From the NCBI GenBank assembly GCA_002269645.1, contig NIVC01000215.1:1-64000 (forward strand): 64,000 bases of DNA, given 5' to 3'. The stretch's first letter is position 1. The number at the start of each line of letters is the position of its first letter. This DNA comes from Macrostomum lignano (taxonomy: Eukaryota). Both the position numbers and the translations under genes were made by a program. This document shows, in pieces, positions 38,496 to 51,520 of the stretch. Below the pieces are notes generated by a model that saw only the letters and a program-made list of their open reading frames with translations, did no database searches and was not told the DNA's origin.

Positions 38496-40049
38496 CTATT
38501 TGTACTTTTTAATATTTAATAAAAAGAAATAATATTTAATAATAAGAAATAATATTTTATAATAATGTAAAAGCTTTCTAATCTATTTAAATGTCAAATA
38601 GCCTATTTATAGCTTTATACCTTGTTGCCATTTTGAATATTGCCAGATCCTTTGTTGCCAGATCATCTTGTTGCCAGATTGACTAGATACCCTATGGCAC
38701 AAAGCACTTTGTGGTAGGGCCTACAAGCTACACTTGCAGCTATAGAGATATTAAGGTAGCCTCATTGAAAAGCAAGCCTAGCAAAATATAAAATTGTAGC
38801 TTGCCTTATCTAGCCTTGCTATTCAAATGCCTATAGTAGCTTTTTATATCATTTTATCTAGATAAAACTTTCTTATAGAACAGCCAAAGATATTGATGTT
38901 TTCTATAGTACACATGACGCTTGCTAGCCAAGGGTTTCATACATAAATATACAATTATATACAAATATACAAATGAACAACCTAAAACAAAATATTTATA
39001 GACCTAATACATATTGTGAGTTTAAATATTTTTTATTGCTTATATTGCTAGCCTTCAAATTGTTGAAGACTAGAATTATCTTTGCAATAGGCAAGTAGTG
39101 TAAGGCCATTAGCCTCAAACAAAAGCTATGTTATTTCATTCTAATTGTAAGACTCTTGGAAACCCAAGGGTCTAGATTTTTCTAAATATAGACTATGTCC
39201 AATGAAAGCTACATCAATTGATATTCCGATTTTGGGGAAACACTTGATGGCAACTTTTATGTTGTGCAGCTTTGTAATCCATAACAAAGTTAAAATGGCT
39301 TTGCCTTAGGTAGGATGCCTCAAAAGGCTCATAAGACTTATAATCTTTTGACATTTAACCAGATATAAAGACAAATGTCAGTGGCACTTGTATAAGCAAA
39401 ATATATATGTAAATGGCATATTTTAAGGTGTATGCAACCAAAAAATGTGCTATCCATATACCATGTTGTGGCCTTCTTCAAAAGCTAAATTTGGCACTCT
39501 TTGGCTAAGAAAAGGTGGTGCTTCCCATGCTTTCTAATATCTGCTCTATAGATAAATGTGAATAGCTATATACAATCATTGTAACATTCATGTAGGTACA
39601 ATATAGCATGTAATGCATATAAACAATAAAATATTAATTTGGCATCTTATTCAAATTTATAATATATATACCAAAATGCCAGGCACCATTGCACCAAAAA
39701 GCATAGGCACTAAAAAGCATAGAAACCCTATAGAAATAAGTGGCCTGTATACTTTAAAGGCTTGTATGTTTGAATCCCATATATATGTCTAGTCAATTTA
39801 TACTGTCTAGACTATGTAGATAAAGATAAGATTGAGGTTAAAACTATTTAATGATCTGTACTATCAAGAAATTAAGCAAATAATTCAATTCACTTTAAAT
39901 AAGCAACATAGTCTACTATGGTCTAAACAACTATAATAGTATTCATTAGAATATTGGGTCACAATGCATTTTATATAAAAGCATTTTTTTCATATACTAA
40001 AGATGGTTGTCTTACAGAAAAGCTCAATCGATTTTTTAAACTTTCACCT

Positions 40050-40800
40050 TTTGATTAGAAATCTTTCCATCATAGTATGTGTCTTGGCTAAGAAATTTCT
40101 CAGGAAAGCTTGCCATGGGAAACCCTTGGCAGGAAAATTTAAAATTTATACTGATGGATTCAGCTGATCTATTCACTTGCAAGCACCCCTTCAGTTCTGC
40201 TTTGCTTGCTCAAGCTAGGTTTTGAATGTGCAACAATGGCCCCCAGAAATTGATGACTTGAGCTTTTGGAACTCCAAAAGTTGCAGGATGTGAGGTCTGG
40301 CAAGTAGGGTGGATGGGGTCATAGCAGCCAGGCACTATGTCAAGCATAAAGTGTAATACTTGGCAGTCACAGTGCCACTCTCAAGAATTTCACCATCAAA
40401 ACATCTGGGAGCTAAAGAAAATGGTGTATATCCTTTTCTTCCTTCTAAAACCTGTGATTTATCTTCACGACCCCAGGCCTAGGCTCATCTTAAGTCCATA
40501 AGACCACATTACACTGCTTGCTTGTCCTCCTTCGTCATGAAAAAGGAAGTCCAACATTTATTGCCTGTCAAAATATCTGACTCTGACAGCCTTAGGTTGA
40601 ACTCATGAGCCTTAGGTTGAGTCATGCATGATGTCATGCTCAGATAATGCTATGATGATCTGAAGGGGCCACACAGACCCCTTGATGATCACTGATGTAT
40701 GAAGTCGCCCAGACCAGCTCTCTTCTTGGACTATTGGCAAATTGGCAGCACACCCAGCGTGTATCAAATGTGATTGTCCACAGAGAATATTGATTGTCTC
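40050..40800 (-). mobile_element. Highly decayed mariner-like transposase relic
   Basis: Minus-strand motifs in the expected order: ITFDTRWV (~ITGDETWV, ~40750-40780), MLDFLFHDEG (~MLTVFFDSEG) and HPPYLPDLTSCNFW (~HPPYSPDLAPCDFW, ~40274-40318). Confidence 0.55.
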
Positions 40801-41034
40801 TTAATGGTTCCATGCAAGCTAAAAAAAAACAGGAAAAATGGAAAACAATTAATAAACTCAAACAAAAACTGTAGACACAAGTAAATAGCAAACAGAATTT
40901 TTGTGCTTAATCACCACTCATTGCTACTTGTTAATGCAGCTGAGTGATGAAGCTCTTTGATTGATTAATTACATGTAAATAACCAACGCAGACGGCACTT
41001 TCATGCCAAGGCTAGCAGCCCACACGCCAAGCCA

Positions 41035-41613
41035 ATGGCTGCCAAGGTGAAACGCTATCGCGGCTTCTACGAGGCGGCTGTGCACCCCATCTACTACAAG
41101 ACCAACATCCCGGCCCAGCAGGCCAAGCCCGCCCCGCCACTTGGCCCGCAGCTGGGCAAGCGCGGCATCAACATACCCAGCTTTTGTAAAGATTTCAACG
41201 AGCGAACTAAACATATTAGGCCGGGCGTTCCCATACCAACGGTGGTGTTTATTAATCCCGATCGGAGCTTTGTACTTCAGCTGTACCATCCGCCAACGTC
41301 CTTTTTAATTAAGCAGGCAGCCGGTATTAGCAAAGGCGCCACAGATCCCATGAAAGAGGTGGCCGGTATGGTTACTAGGCAGCATATCTACGAGATTGCC
41401 CAGCTAAAGCAGCAGGATCCGCCGTTGCAGACGATGCCGCTGCGCTCTATTGTTGAAATGGTGATCCAATCGGCAAGGAGGATGGGCGTGCTGGTGGTGG
41501 ACAGCATTGACCCGGCTGAGTACGCGGTCTTCTTGGAGAAACGAGCGGAGGAGCTGCGCCAGATGCGCGAGGAGCTGGCGGCATTGAAGAAGGCTAAGAT
41601 GGCTAAAATTTGA
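41035..41613 (+). CDS. MRPL11: Mitochondrial ribosomal protein L11 (uL11m), intronless, 192 aa
   Basis: IPAQQAKPAPPLGPQLGKRGINIPSFCKDFNERTKHIRPGVPIPT and PPTSFLIKQAAGISKGA are L11 family signatures with a eukaryotic mitochondrial-type length. Confidence 0.95.
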   Translation: MAAKVKRYRGFYEAAVHPIYYKTNIPAQQAKPAPPLGPQLGKRGINIPSFCKDFNERTKHIRPGVPIPTVVFINPDRSFVLQLYHPPTSFLIKQAAGISKGATDPMKEVAGMVTRQHIYEIAQLKQQDPPLQTMPLRSIVEMVIQSARRMGVLVVDSIDPAEYAVFLEKRAEELRQMREELAALKKAKMAKI

Positions 41614-41834
41614 CCTTACTTGTTGAATGCCTCGCTTTTTTTCCGAGTTTAGAAGAACAGCGCAATGATAGATGAACTAGTTAAGCATTTTTGTCTGCTT
41701 CCTACTACTAATAATCAATATTTATAATTTGAAATATAGTGTTTTGCATCTGATTGCGTTTGTAGCTTTATGAATGCCAACCTATTGGCTGAGATTGAAG
41801 TGTTCTATTATTATATAAGCAAATGTAGTCACAG

Positions 41835-42845
41835 CCTCCTTCCCAAATAGAATCGCCTCCTTCCCAAATAGAATCGCCTCCTTCCTGAATAGAATCGCCT
41901 CATTCCCAAATAGAATCGCCTCCTTCCTGAATAGAATCGCCTCATTCCCAAATAGAATCGCCTCCTTCCTGAATAGAATCGCCTCATTCCCAAATAGAAT
42001 CGCCTCCTTCCTGAATAGAATCGCCTCCTTCCCAAATAGAATCGCCTCCTTCCTGAATAGAATCGCCTCATTCCCAAATAGAATCGCCTCCTTCCTGAAT
42101 AGAATCGCCTCATTCCCAAATAGAATCGCCTCCTTCCTGAATAGAATCGCCTCATTCCCAAATAGAATCGCCTCCTTCCTGAATAGAATCGCCTCATTCC
42201 CAAATAGAATCGCCTCCTTCCTGAATAGAATCGCCTCATTCCCAAATAGAATCGCCTCATTCACAAATAGAATCGCCTCATTCCCAAATAGAATCGCCTC
42301 CTTCCCGAATAGAATCGCCTCATTCCCAAATAGAATCGCCTCCTTCCCAAATAGAATCGCCTCATTCCCAAATAGAATCGCCTCCTTCCCAAATAGAATC
42401 GCCTCCTTCCCAAATAGAATCGCCTCATTCCCGAATAGAATCGCCTCATTCCCAAATAGAATCGCCTCATTCACAAATAGAATCGCCTCATTCACAAATA
42501 GAATCGCCTCATTCACAAATAGAATCGCCTCATTCCTGAATAGAATCGCCTCCTTCCTGAATAGAATCGCCTCCTTCCTGAATAGAATCGCCTCCTTCCT
42601 GAATAGAATCGCCTCCTTCCTGAATAGAATCGCCTCCTTCCTGAATAGAATCGCCTCCTTCCTGAATAGAATCGCCTCCTTCCTGAATAGAATCGCCTCC
42701 TTCCTGAATAGAATCGCCTCCTTCCTGAATAGAATCGCCTCCTTCCTGAATAGAATCGCCTCCTTCCTGAATAGAATCGCCTCCTTCCTGAATAGAATCG
42801 CCTCCTTCCTGAATAGAATCGCCTCCTTCCTGAATAGAATCGCCT
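41835..42845. repeat. 21-bp minisatellite between MRPL11 and ADAM10
   Basis: AATAGAATCGCCTCCTTCCTG and variants, about 48 copies. Confidence 0.97.
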
Positions 42846-42940
42846 TTTCAATTTCGTCCACAATAGAGCCAAGCCATCCCACACTTGCTCTCCAGCGCAG
42901 TTGCCCTGGCGCGGAGTTGCAGTGAGCCGCAGCAGCCGCA

Positions 42941-45900
42941 ATGACTGCCCAGCGCCGCAGCCTCAGCCGCCTGTTGCTAACCGCTGCCCTACTAGCTGGC
43001 GCCGCCGCGTCTTTGTTTAACTGCGTCTCCGGGCGAGCCTACGGCCCCCTAGCAACCACGGAGACGGTCACAGATCACGACCGGCTGCGCTATCCGCCGC
43101 TGGACCTGCCGCCTGGCCGGCTGCACCGGGCCAGGCGAAGTCTCGGCCACTCGGCCGATCCAGTCTGGTTGGAGTTCTCCGCCCACGGCCGGCATTTTGT
43201 GCTCAAATTTTCTCATAACGACGGCTTAGTTGAACCCGGCGCCACCTTTCAATTGGGCGCCTCGGGCAGTCCGGAACCCTTAGATTTTCCCGAAGCTGTT
43301 GTCGGCGAGTTGGCCGACGATCCGGGCAGCCACGCGTTCGGCAGCATCATAGACGGCGTGTTCAGCGGCGCCGTGTACACCTCAGACGGGTCCGGCTGGT
43401 TTGTTGAACCGGCTGGTAGGTACTTTCTCGGCCGGCTCGACTTTCATTCGATTATTTACAATGACTCGCACGTGATGTGGCCGAAACGGCACCGGCGGTG
43501 AGTGCAAGCTTGCGTGGCTTAATCATAAAATATAATAATAATTGTTGGTTGTGGGGCAACCTTGGCAGAACCTTGACAGAACTTCGTCCTGCCTGCTGCT
43601 TCTGAGCGCATTCCTGAGCGCATTCAAGCGCGCCAATACTGCGCTCAGACACGCACTTATGCACGCGCATACAAAACACAGTACACTTTCTTGCACGGGA
43701 AGGGGAGTCAGACTGGTTTACCGCTGAGCTGCTCCGCCACTGGGACAGAGGCTTCTCTTGTTGGACAATTCACACAGAATCCCATCTGGTGGCTCTGCTC
43801 CCAGTGAACGACACTGACCTGTGATCACCTACCCCACTCATTTCACACCCGTGATCACCCATTGCACTCAATTCACACCCGTGATCACCCACCCCACTCA
43901 ACTCACACCCGTGATCACCCACCCCACTCAATTCACACCCGTGATCACGCACCCCGCTCAATTGACACCCGTGATCACCTACCTGACTCAATTCACACCC
44001 ATAATCACCCACCCCACTCAATTCACACCCGTGATCACCTACCTGACTCAATTCACACCCATAATCACCCACCCCACTCAATTCACACCCGTGATCACCT
44101 ACCTTACTCAATTCACACCCGTGATCACGCACCCCGCTCTATTCACCTGTGATCACCCACCCCACTAAATTCACAATCACACCCGTGATCACCCACACCT
44201 CTCAATTCACACCCGTGATCACCCACCCCACTCAATTCACCCGTGATCACCCACCCCACTCAATTCATCCGTGATCACCCACCCCACTCAATTCACCCGT
44301 GATCACCCACCCCACTCATTTCACACCTGTGATCACCCACCTCATCCCCAATTCAGCTCGGTGATCAGGCATCCGCCTGCCGTGCACCCGCCGCTGCCGC
44401 CCCCATTCACCGCTGACAAATCGCTGTTGCCGGACAGTGGCGAGGTCGGCCAACTAGGCGACACGAAGGTGTGCTCGCTCTACTTGCAGTCTGACGCCGC
44501 TCTGTGGGAGGCCACCCTCCGCCTGCCGTCGGTGAACGGCAATCACCAGCGGGCGCGCACGGAGATCAAAGCCCTGTTCCAGCATCACGTTAGCGCGGCG
44601 ACTCATATCTACACGTCTACTAGGTTTATCACTCGAGACAAAAAGTTCGAACAGCGGGGCGTACAGTTTCGGGTTAATCGAATACGGGTTAACACTACGG
44701 CGGATTGCGGCCCGGGCAAGAATAATCCGTTCTGTGCCGAGGGTATCGACGTTACCAGCTTCTTGAATTTGCACGCCTATAGCAACCATTCGGAGCACTG
44801 CTTGGCCTACCTGTTCACTTATCGGGACTTCAGCGGCGGCACGCTGGGCTTGGCCTGGGTTGGCACCAAGGATCAGAATGGCGGCATCTGCGAGAAATAT
44901 CGGGAATACGAGTGAGTGGCTGTTTGTGTCTGCTGTTCTGGGGCTCTGGTTGAGGCTTCAGGTTGAGGCTTCATGTTTAGTTCAGGTTGAGGCTTCATGT
45001 TTAGTTCAGGTTGAGGCTTCATGTTTAGTTCAGGTTGAGGCTTCATGTTTAGTTCAGGTTGAGGCTTCATGTTTAGTTCAGGTTGAGGCTTCATGTTTAG
45101 TTCAGGTTGAGGCTTCATGTTTAGTTCAGGTTGAGGCTTCATGTTTAGTTCAGGTTGAGGCTTCATGTTTAGTTCAGGTTGAGGCTTCATGTTTAGTTCA
45201 GGTTGAGGCTTCATGTTTAGTTCAGGTTGAGGCTTCATGTTTAGTTCAGGTTGAGGCTTCATGTTTAGTTCAGGTTGAGGCTTCATGTTTAGTTCAGGTT
45301 GAGGCTTCATGTTTAGTTCAGGTTGAGGCTTCATGTTTAGTTCAGGTTGAGGCTTCATGTTTAGTTCAGGTTGAGGCTTCATGTTTAGTTCAGGTTGAGG
45401 CTTCATGTTTAGTTCAGGTTGAGGCTTCATGTTTAGTTCAGGTTGAGGCTTCATGTTTAGTTCAGGTTGAGGCTTCATGTTTAGTTCAGGTGTGGCTTTA
45501 GGTTAAGTTTAGGTGTGGCTTCAGGTTAAGTTCAGGTCAGGCTGTAGGTTAGGTTCACGTGTGGCTTCAGCTTAAATTTAGGTGTCTTCAGGTTAAGTTC
45601 GGGTCAGGCCTCAAGTTAAGTTCAGGTGAGGCTTCAGCTTAAATTTAGGTGTCTTCAGGTTAAGTTCAGGTCAGGCCTCAAATTAAGTTCAGGTGAGGCT
45701 TCAGCTTAAATTTAGGTGTCTTCAGGTTAAGTTCAGGTCAGGCCTCAAATTAAGTTCAGGTGAGGCTTCAGCTTAAATTTAGGTGTCTTCAGTCAGGTTA
45801 AGTTCAGGTCAGGCCTCAAGTTTAGTTCAGGTGAGGCTTCAGCTTAAATTTAGGTGTCTTCAGGTTACGTTCGGGTCAGGCCTCAAGTTTAGTTCAGGTG

Positions 45901-48900
45901 AGGCTTCAGCTTAAATTTAGGTGTCTTCAGTCAGGTTAAGTTCAGGTCAGGCCTCAAATTAAGTTCAGGTGAGGCTTCAGCTTAAATTTAGGTGTCTTCA
46001 GTCAGGTTAAGTTCAGGTCAGGCCTCAAGTTTAGTTCAGGTGAGGCTTCAGCTTAAATTTAGGTGTCTTCAGGTTACGTTCGGGTCAGGCCTCAAGTTTA
46101 GTTCAGGTGAGGCTTCAGCTTAAATTTAGGTGTCTTCAGGTTACGTTCGGGTCAGGCCTCAAGTTTAGTTCAGGTGAGGCTTCAGCTTAAATTTAGGTGT
46201 CTTCAGTCAGGTTAAGTTCAGGTCAGGCCTCAAATTAAGTTCAGGTGAGGCTTCAGCTTAAATTTAGGTGTCTTCAGTCAGGTTAAGTTCAGGTCAGGCC
46301 TCAAGTTAAGTTCAGTTGAGGCTTCAGCTTAAATTTAGGTGTCTTCAGGTTAAGTTCAGGTCAGGCCTCAAGTTAAGTTCAGGTGAGGCTTTAGTATAAA
46401 GGGATGTACGGAAGGTTCGCCAAGCTATAATTGTGTATGCATATATTACGAATATGAGATGCGGCTTTACATCGTATATTGTTTTTTACCTGCTTGATTT
46501 TTCCCTAGTTTTATTTTCACTCGTGAATGTCAAAGGTGAAGGCAGCTGTTTACCCAGTTAAGGCCAGTGGGTTTGGCCTAATTCGATCCCCTTCTTGACT
46601 TCTGCAGTTGGTAACTATAGTCAGTCAGTCCGCTAACTAGGGACATCCCAGATCGCAGCTGGTTGACCTTTTTTGTTTCTCGGATGTGCCCGGGTTTCTG
46701 CGTCACACTGGCTGCGTATTCAATCTGTTTTTAGAATTCTAAAATAATCTAGCCTACACCAGTAATGTTATTATTGTGCACCCAGCCTGCGAGTGCAGTT
46801 TCAGCTGTGTCAAATGCAATGCAGCCTGTGTTGTTAGATTTCTTCAGTCATAAAAATTTTCCACGCACAGGAAGGAGGCGTATTAGTTCAAGGAACTGCA
46901 GTCCTTAAACAAGTCCTTAAAACGTCCTTGTAATTTTTCTTTCTACAATAAAAAAATCGCTAGAGAACGCTCCTATTCTTAGTATTGAAAAATGCTCAAA
47001 CTTAACTTTTTTGTTGGAGTTTGTGGAAAAAATCAAGGAATTGGCACCCAGAAAATACATTGATAGTAAAAATTTACTTGTATATTAGATAGAAGGCCGA
47101 GTGAAAAACTTCACGCCATTCTCCAGTGCAAAGTCATAAATTCCAGTGTGCCCCAGTCACAGAGTGGCCTTCCGTTGGTTTTTTATTTCCCAGACTCGCC
47201 CTTCCCTGAGTTTTGTGATCCCAGACTCGCCCTTCCCTGAGTTTTGTGATCCCAGACTCGCCCCTTCCCTGAGTTTTGTGATCCCAGACTCGCCCCTTCC
47301 CTGAGTTTTGTGATCCCAGAATCGCCCCTTCCCTGAGTTTTGTGATCCTAGACTCGCCCCTTCCCTGAGTTTTGTGATCCCAGACTCGCCCCTTCCCTGA
47401 GTTTTGTGATCCCAGACTCGCCCCTTCCCTGAGTTTTGTGATCCCAGACTCGCCCCTTCCCTGGGTTTTGTGATCCCAGACTCGCCCCTTCCCTGAGTTT
47501 TTATGATCCCAGTCTCTTGTCATCTGAGTTGAGTTTTGGAACTAGTGAAATGTCTTTCCTTTCTAAAACCAGACCTTTTGCTTTCATTGCTATTCTGCTC
47601 TTCAAACCAATCCAAGCCATTCCATTCCGCAACCCTCCAACACATCTAGCGATCAGATCCCAGGCCGCAGGTCCTGGAAGTCCTTGAACACGGGCATTGT
47701 GACGCTAATTAACTACGGCCGCCGCATTGTTGAGAAAGTGTCCTACCTGACCTTTGCTCACGAGATGGGCCACAACTTCGGGGCCAATCACGATGACGGC
47801 CTGACCCCGGCTATGCCAGACTGCCAGCCCACCGGGGACCAGGGCAACTACATCATGTTCTCCTCGGCCACCACTGGCGACCTGCCTAATAATAACAGGT
47901 ATAAATGTTTGTTTACTTCACAACCCACAACTTTCACAACCCCCAAAACTTCACAACCCACAAACTTCACAACTCACCAACTTCACAACTCACCAACTTC
48001 ACAACTCACCAACTTAACAACTCACAAACTTCACAACTCACAAACTTCACAACTCACCAACTTCACAACTCGCTAACTTCACAACCCACAACTTTCACAA
48101 CCCCAAAAACTTCACAATCTCAAAACTTCACAACCCACAACTTTCACAACCCCCAAAACTTCACAACCCACAAACTCCACAACCCACAACTTTCACAACC
48201 CCCAAAACTTCACAACCCACAAACTTCACAACTCACCAACTTCACAACTCACCAACTTCACAACTCACCAACTTCACAACTCACAAACTTCACAACTCAC
48301 CAACTTCACAACTCGCTAACTTCACAACCCACAACTTTCACAACCCCCAAACTTCACAACCCACAACTTTCACAACCCCCAAAACTTCACAACCCACAAC
48401 TTTCACAACCCCCAAAACTTCACAATCTCAAAACTTCACAACCCACAAACTTCACAACCCAAAACCTTTCAAACACTCAAACTTCACTTTGCCAAATTTT
48501 CCAAATAAAAATCATTAGGCAAAGGCAGGATGCCACCATGTTTTCCGTTTTCTCTGATAAAAATCAGACGCGTGCATAAAAAATTTCAAGTAAAATTCTT
48601 ATTTTCCTACTGAATTAGTAGCCTGTAGCAGAATTGAATTATCGACACAAAAACTTCTTCTCGGCCAGGTTCAGTCCGTGCTCGCGCGACAGCATGGCCT
48701 CCCTGCTAGATCAGGTGCTCAACGCGCGCAGCGGCAAGGCCAATTGTCTCAGACGGAGCACAGAAGCGGCCGCCTTCTGCGGCAACAGCCTGCTAGAGCC
48801 TGGCGAACAGTGCGACTGCGGCTACGCCGACGAGTGCACCGACGCCTGCTGCCATCCGCGCGGCGGCCCCTCCGGCCAGCCGGCCTGCCGGGTGCGGCCG

Positions 48901-50903
48901 CACGCCCGCTGCTCTCCGTCTGGCAATCTGTGCTGCACAGCCGGCTGCGACTTCACCCCGGCTGGCACTGTCTGCCAGGCCGAGACCGACTGCGCCCTGC
49001 CCGCGGTGTGCACCGGATTCGCCAGCTCCTGTCAGGAGGCCCGGCACAAGCCCGACAACTCTACTTGCCGCGCCGGCACTCGGCTCTGCCGCCAGGGCAG
49101 CTGCGGGCCGTCCGTCTGCGCCCTGATTGGCTGGCTGGATTGTCAGAGTCCGCCCTGCTACCTGGGCTGCCGGCCCAGCAATACAAGCCGGTGCATCAGC
49201 ACTAAAGAGGTGGCCGGACTGCGCGATTATAATTCGCCCGTTTATAAACTGCTGCAGAGGGTTAATGCTACCGCGTTTGGCTTGAAGCTGCAGGTAATCT
49301 ATTGCTCACTTATGCGTTCTCACTCACCAGTTCTTAGATGAGATCCCCGACTATCCTCATTTGAGATCCCAGACTATCCTCATTTGAGATCCCAGACTAT
49401 CCTCATTTGAGATCCCAGACTATCCTTATTTGAGATCCCAGACTATCCTTATTTGAGATCCCAGACTATCCTTATTTGAGCTCCCAGTCTTTATTGAGAT
49501 CCCAGACTATCCTTATTTGAGATCCCAGACTATCCTTATTTGAGCTCCCAGTCTTTATTGAGATCCCAGACTATCCTCATTTGAGATCCCAGTCTATCTA
49601 CTGAGATCCCAGACTATCCTTATTTGAGATCCCAGACTATCCTTATTTGAGCTCCCAGTCTTTACTGAGATCCCAGACTATCCTCATTTGAGATCCCAGT
49701 CTATCTACTGAGATCCCAGACTATCAACTGAAATCCGAAACTATCCTCATTTGAGATTCCAGACTATCCTCATTTGAGATCCCAGACTATCCTCATTTGA
49801 GTTCCCAGACTGTCAACTGAAATCCCAAACTATCCTCATTTGAGATCCCAAACTTTCCTCATTTTAGATCCCAGACTATCAACTGAAATCCGAAACTATC
49901 CTCATTTGAGATTCCAGACTATCCTCATTTGAGTTCCCAGACTGTCAACTGAAATCCCAAACTATCCTTATTTGAGATCCCAAACTTTCCTCATTTTAGA
50001 TCCCAGACTATCAACTGAAATCCGAAACTATCCTCATTTGAGATTCCAGACTATCCTCATTTGAGATTCCAGACTATCCTCATTTGAGATTCCAGACTAT
50101 CCTCATTTGAGATTCCAGACTACCCTCATTTGAGATTCAGACTATCCTCATTTGAGATCCCAGTCTATCTATTGAGATCCCAGACTATCCTCATTTGAGA
50201 TCCCAGACTATCCTCATTTGAGTTCCCAGACTATCCTTATTTGAGATCCCAGACTATCCTCATTTGAGATCCCAGACTATCCTCATTTGAGTTCCCAGAC
50301 TGTCAACTGAAATCCCAAACTATCCTCATTTGAGATCCCAAACTTTCCTCATTTTAGATCCCAGACTGTCAACTGAAATCCCAAACAATCCTCATTTGAG
50401 ATCCCAGACTGCCAACTGAAATCCCAAACTATCTACTGATTTTCTATTGGGATTTCGAGCCCCATCTGATTCCTGTTCCCTTCTCCCCCTATTTGCAGGT
50501 TGGCTCCCCGTGCGAGAACTACAAAGGCTATTGCAACGCGGACCATGAGTGCCGCCTCATAGACACTAAGGGCCCGTTGGGCCGCCTTCAAGATCTGCTA
50601 TTCAGTCCGGAGTCCTTGGAGCAGGTCCGCAATTGGATAGTTGCCAACTGGTACTTTGTTATCATTATCTGTCTGGCTGTGCTTATCGCTCTGGGCGCTT
50701 CAGTCCGACTGTGCTCCGTTAGGCGCTCAGCCGCCAATGCCGCCAGGGAGGCCGCCGCGGCTGTGGCCGCCGTCAACGCAGTCTCCGCCAACGGATCCTC
50801 GAACGTCGGCGGGTTGGCCGCCTCGCTGCCGCCACCTCCGCCAGTTTACTGTGTCAGGGCCGACCGTTCGATGGATTCGAGTGAACTGGCCTACTGCCGG
50901 TGA
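42941..50903 (+). CDS. ADAM10: ADAM10/kuzbanian-like metalloprotease-disintegrin; exons 42941-43497, 44357-44911, 47650-47898, 48669-49293, 50499-50903 (~796 aa)
   Basis: Signal peptide, prodomain ending in furin-like RHRR, YLFTYRDFSGGTLGLAWVG, zinc motif HEMGHNFGANHD, Met-turn YIMF, disintegrin CGNSLLEPGEQCDCG, and GPLGRLQDLLFSPE followed by a TM helix. Intron phases (2,2,2,0) are mutually consistent. Confidence 0.93.
43820..44350. repeat. 30-bp minisatellite, ADAM10 intron 1
   Basis: GTGATCACCCACCCCACTCAATTCACACCC; runs up to the acceptor at 44356. Confidence 0.93.
44950..46390. repeat. 24-bp perfect array followed by a derived ~62-66-bp array, ADAM10 intron 2
   Basis: TTCAGGTTGAGGCTTCATGTTTAG x~22 (44950-45490), then a longer unit built from TTCAGGT/GAGGCTTCA pieces. 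Confidence 0.95.
47170..47515. repeat. 32-bp minisatellite, ADAM10 intron 2 (distal)
   Basis: CCCAGACTCGCCCCTTCCCTGAGTTTTGTGAT, about 10 copies. Confidence 0.93.
47915..48480. repeat. ~16-bp CA-rich minisatellite, ADAM10 intron 3
   Basis: CACAACTCACCAACTT and variants. Confidence 0.92.
49335..50430. repeat. 23-bp minisatellite, ADAM10 intron 4
   Basis: GAGATCCCAGACTATCCTCATTT and variants. Confidence 0.93.
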
Positions 50904-50929
50904 GGCTTGGGTTCTTAGCTTATCTGTGG

Positions 50930-51520
50930 TGCGAGTTCTCCGAATCTTCCCTCTCTTGAGTCTTTGTGCTTCCCGAACTCCCCCCCCCTATCGTCTTTGT
51001 CCTCCCAGTATCTTCTCCCGTTGAATCTTTGTGCTCCCCAAATCTTCTCCCATTGAGATTTTGTCTCTAATTGAGTTTTTTCTCCCCAAATCTTCCCTCA
51101 TTGAGTCTTTGTTCTCCCTAAATCTTCTCCCCGAGTCTTCCCTCATTGAGTCTTTGTTCTCCCCAAATCTTCTCCCCGAGTCTTCCCTCATTGAGTCTTT
51201 GTTCTCCCCGATTATTCTCCCATTGAGTCTTTGTTCTCCCCGAATCTTCTCCCATTGAGCCTTTGTGCTTCCCAAACTCCCCCCTATCGAGTCTTTATCC
51301 TCCCAGAATCTTCTCCCGTTGAATCTTTGTGCCCCCCAAATCTTCTCCCATTGAGAGTTTGTCCCTAATTGAGTTTTTTCTCCCCGAATCTTCCCTCATT
51401 GAGTTTTGTTCTCCCCGAATCTTCCCTCATTGAGTCTGTTCTCCCCGAATATTCTCCCATTGAGTCTTTGTTCTCCCCGAATCTTCTCCCATTGAGTCTT
51501 TGTTCTCCCCGAATCTTCCA
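50930..51520. repeat. Degenerate pyrimidine-rich minisatellite after ADAM10 exon 5
   Basis: TTCTCCCCGAATCTTCTCCCATTGAGTCTTTG-type units. Confidence 0.88.

Noticed and set aside
41782-42941. 366-aa FRKEAIL repeat ORF and RRRFYSG ORFs
   Set aside because: These are 21-bp tandem-repeat artefacts with no unique domain or splice support.
44860-45501. QVEASCLV / MKPQPELN repeat ORFs
   Set aside because: They come from the 24-bp intronic array; the real exon ends at the donor at 44911.
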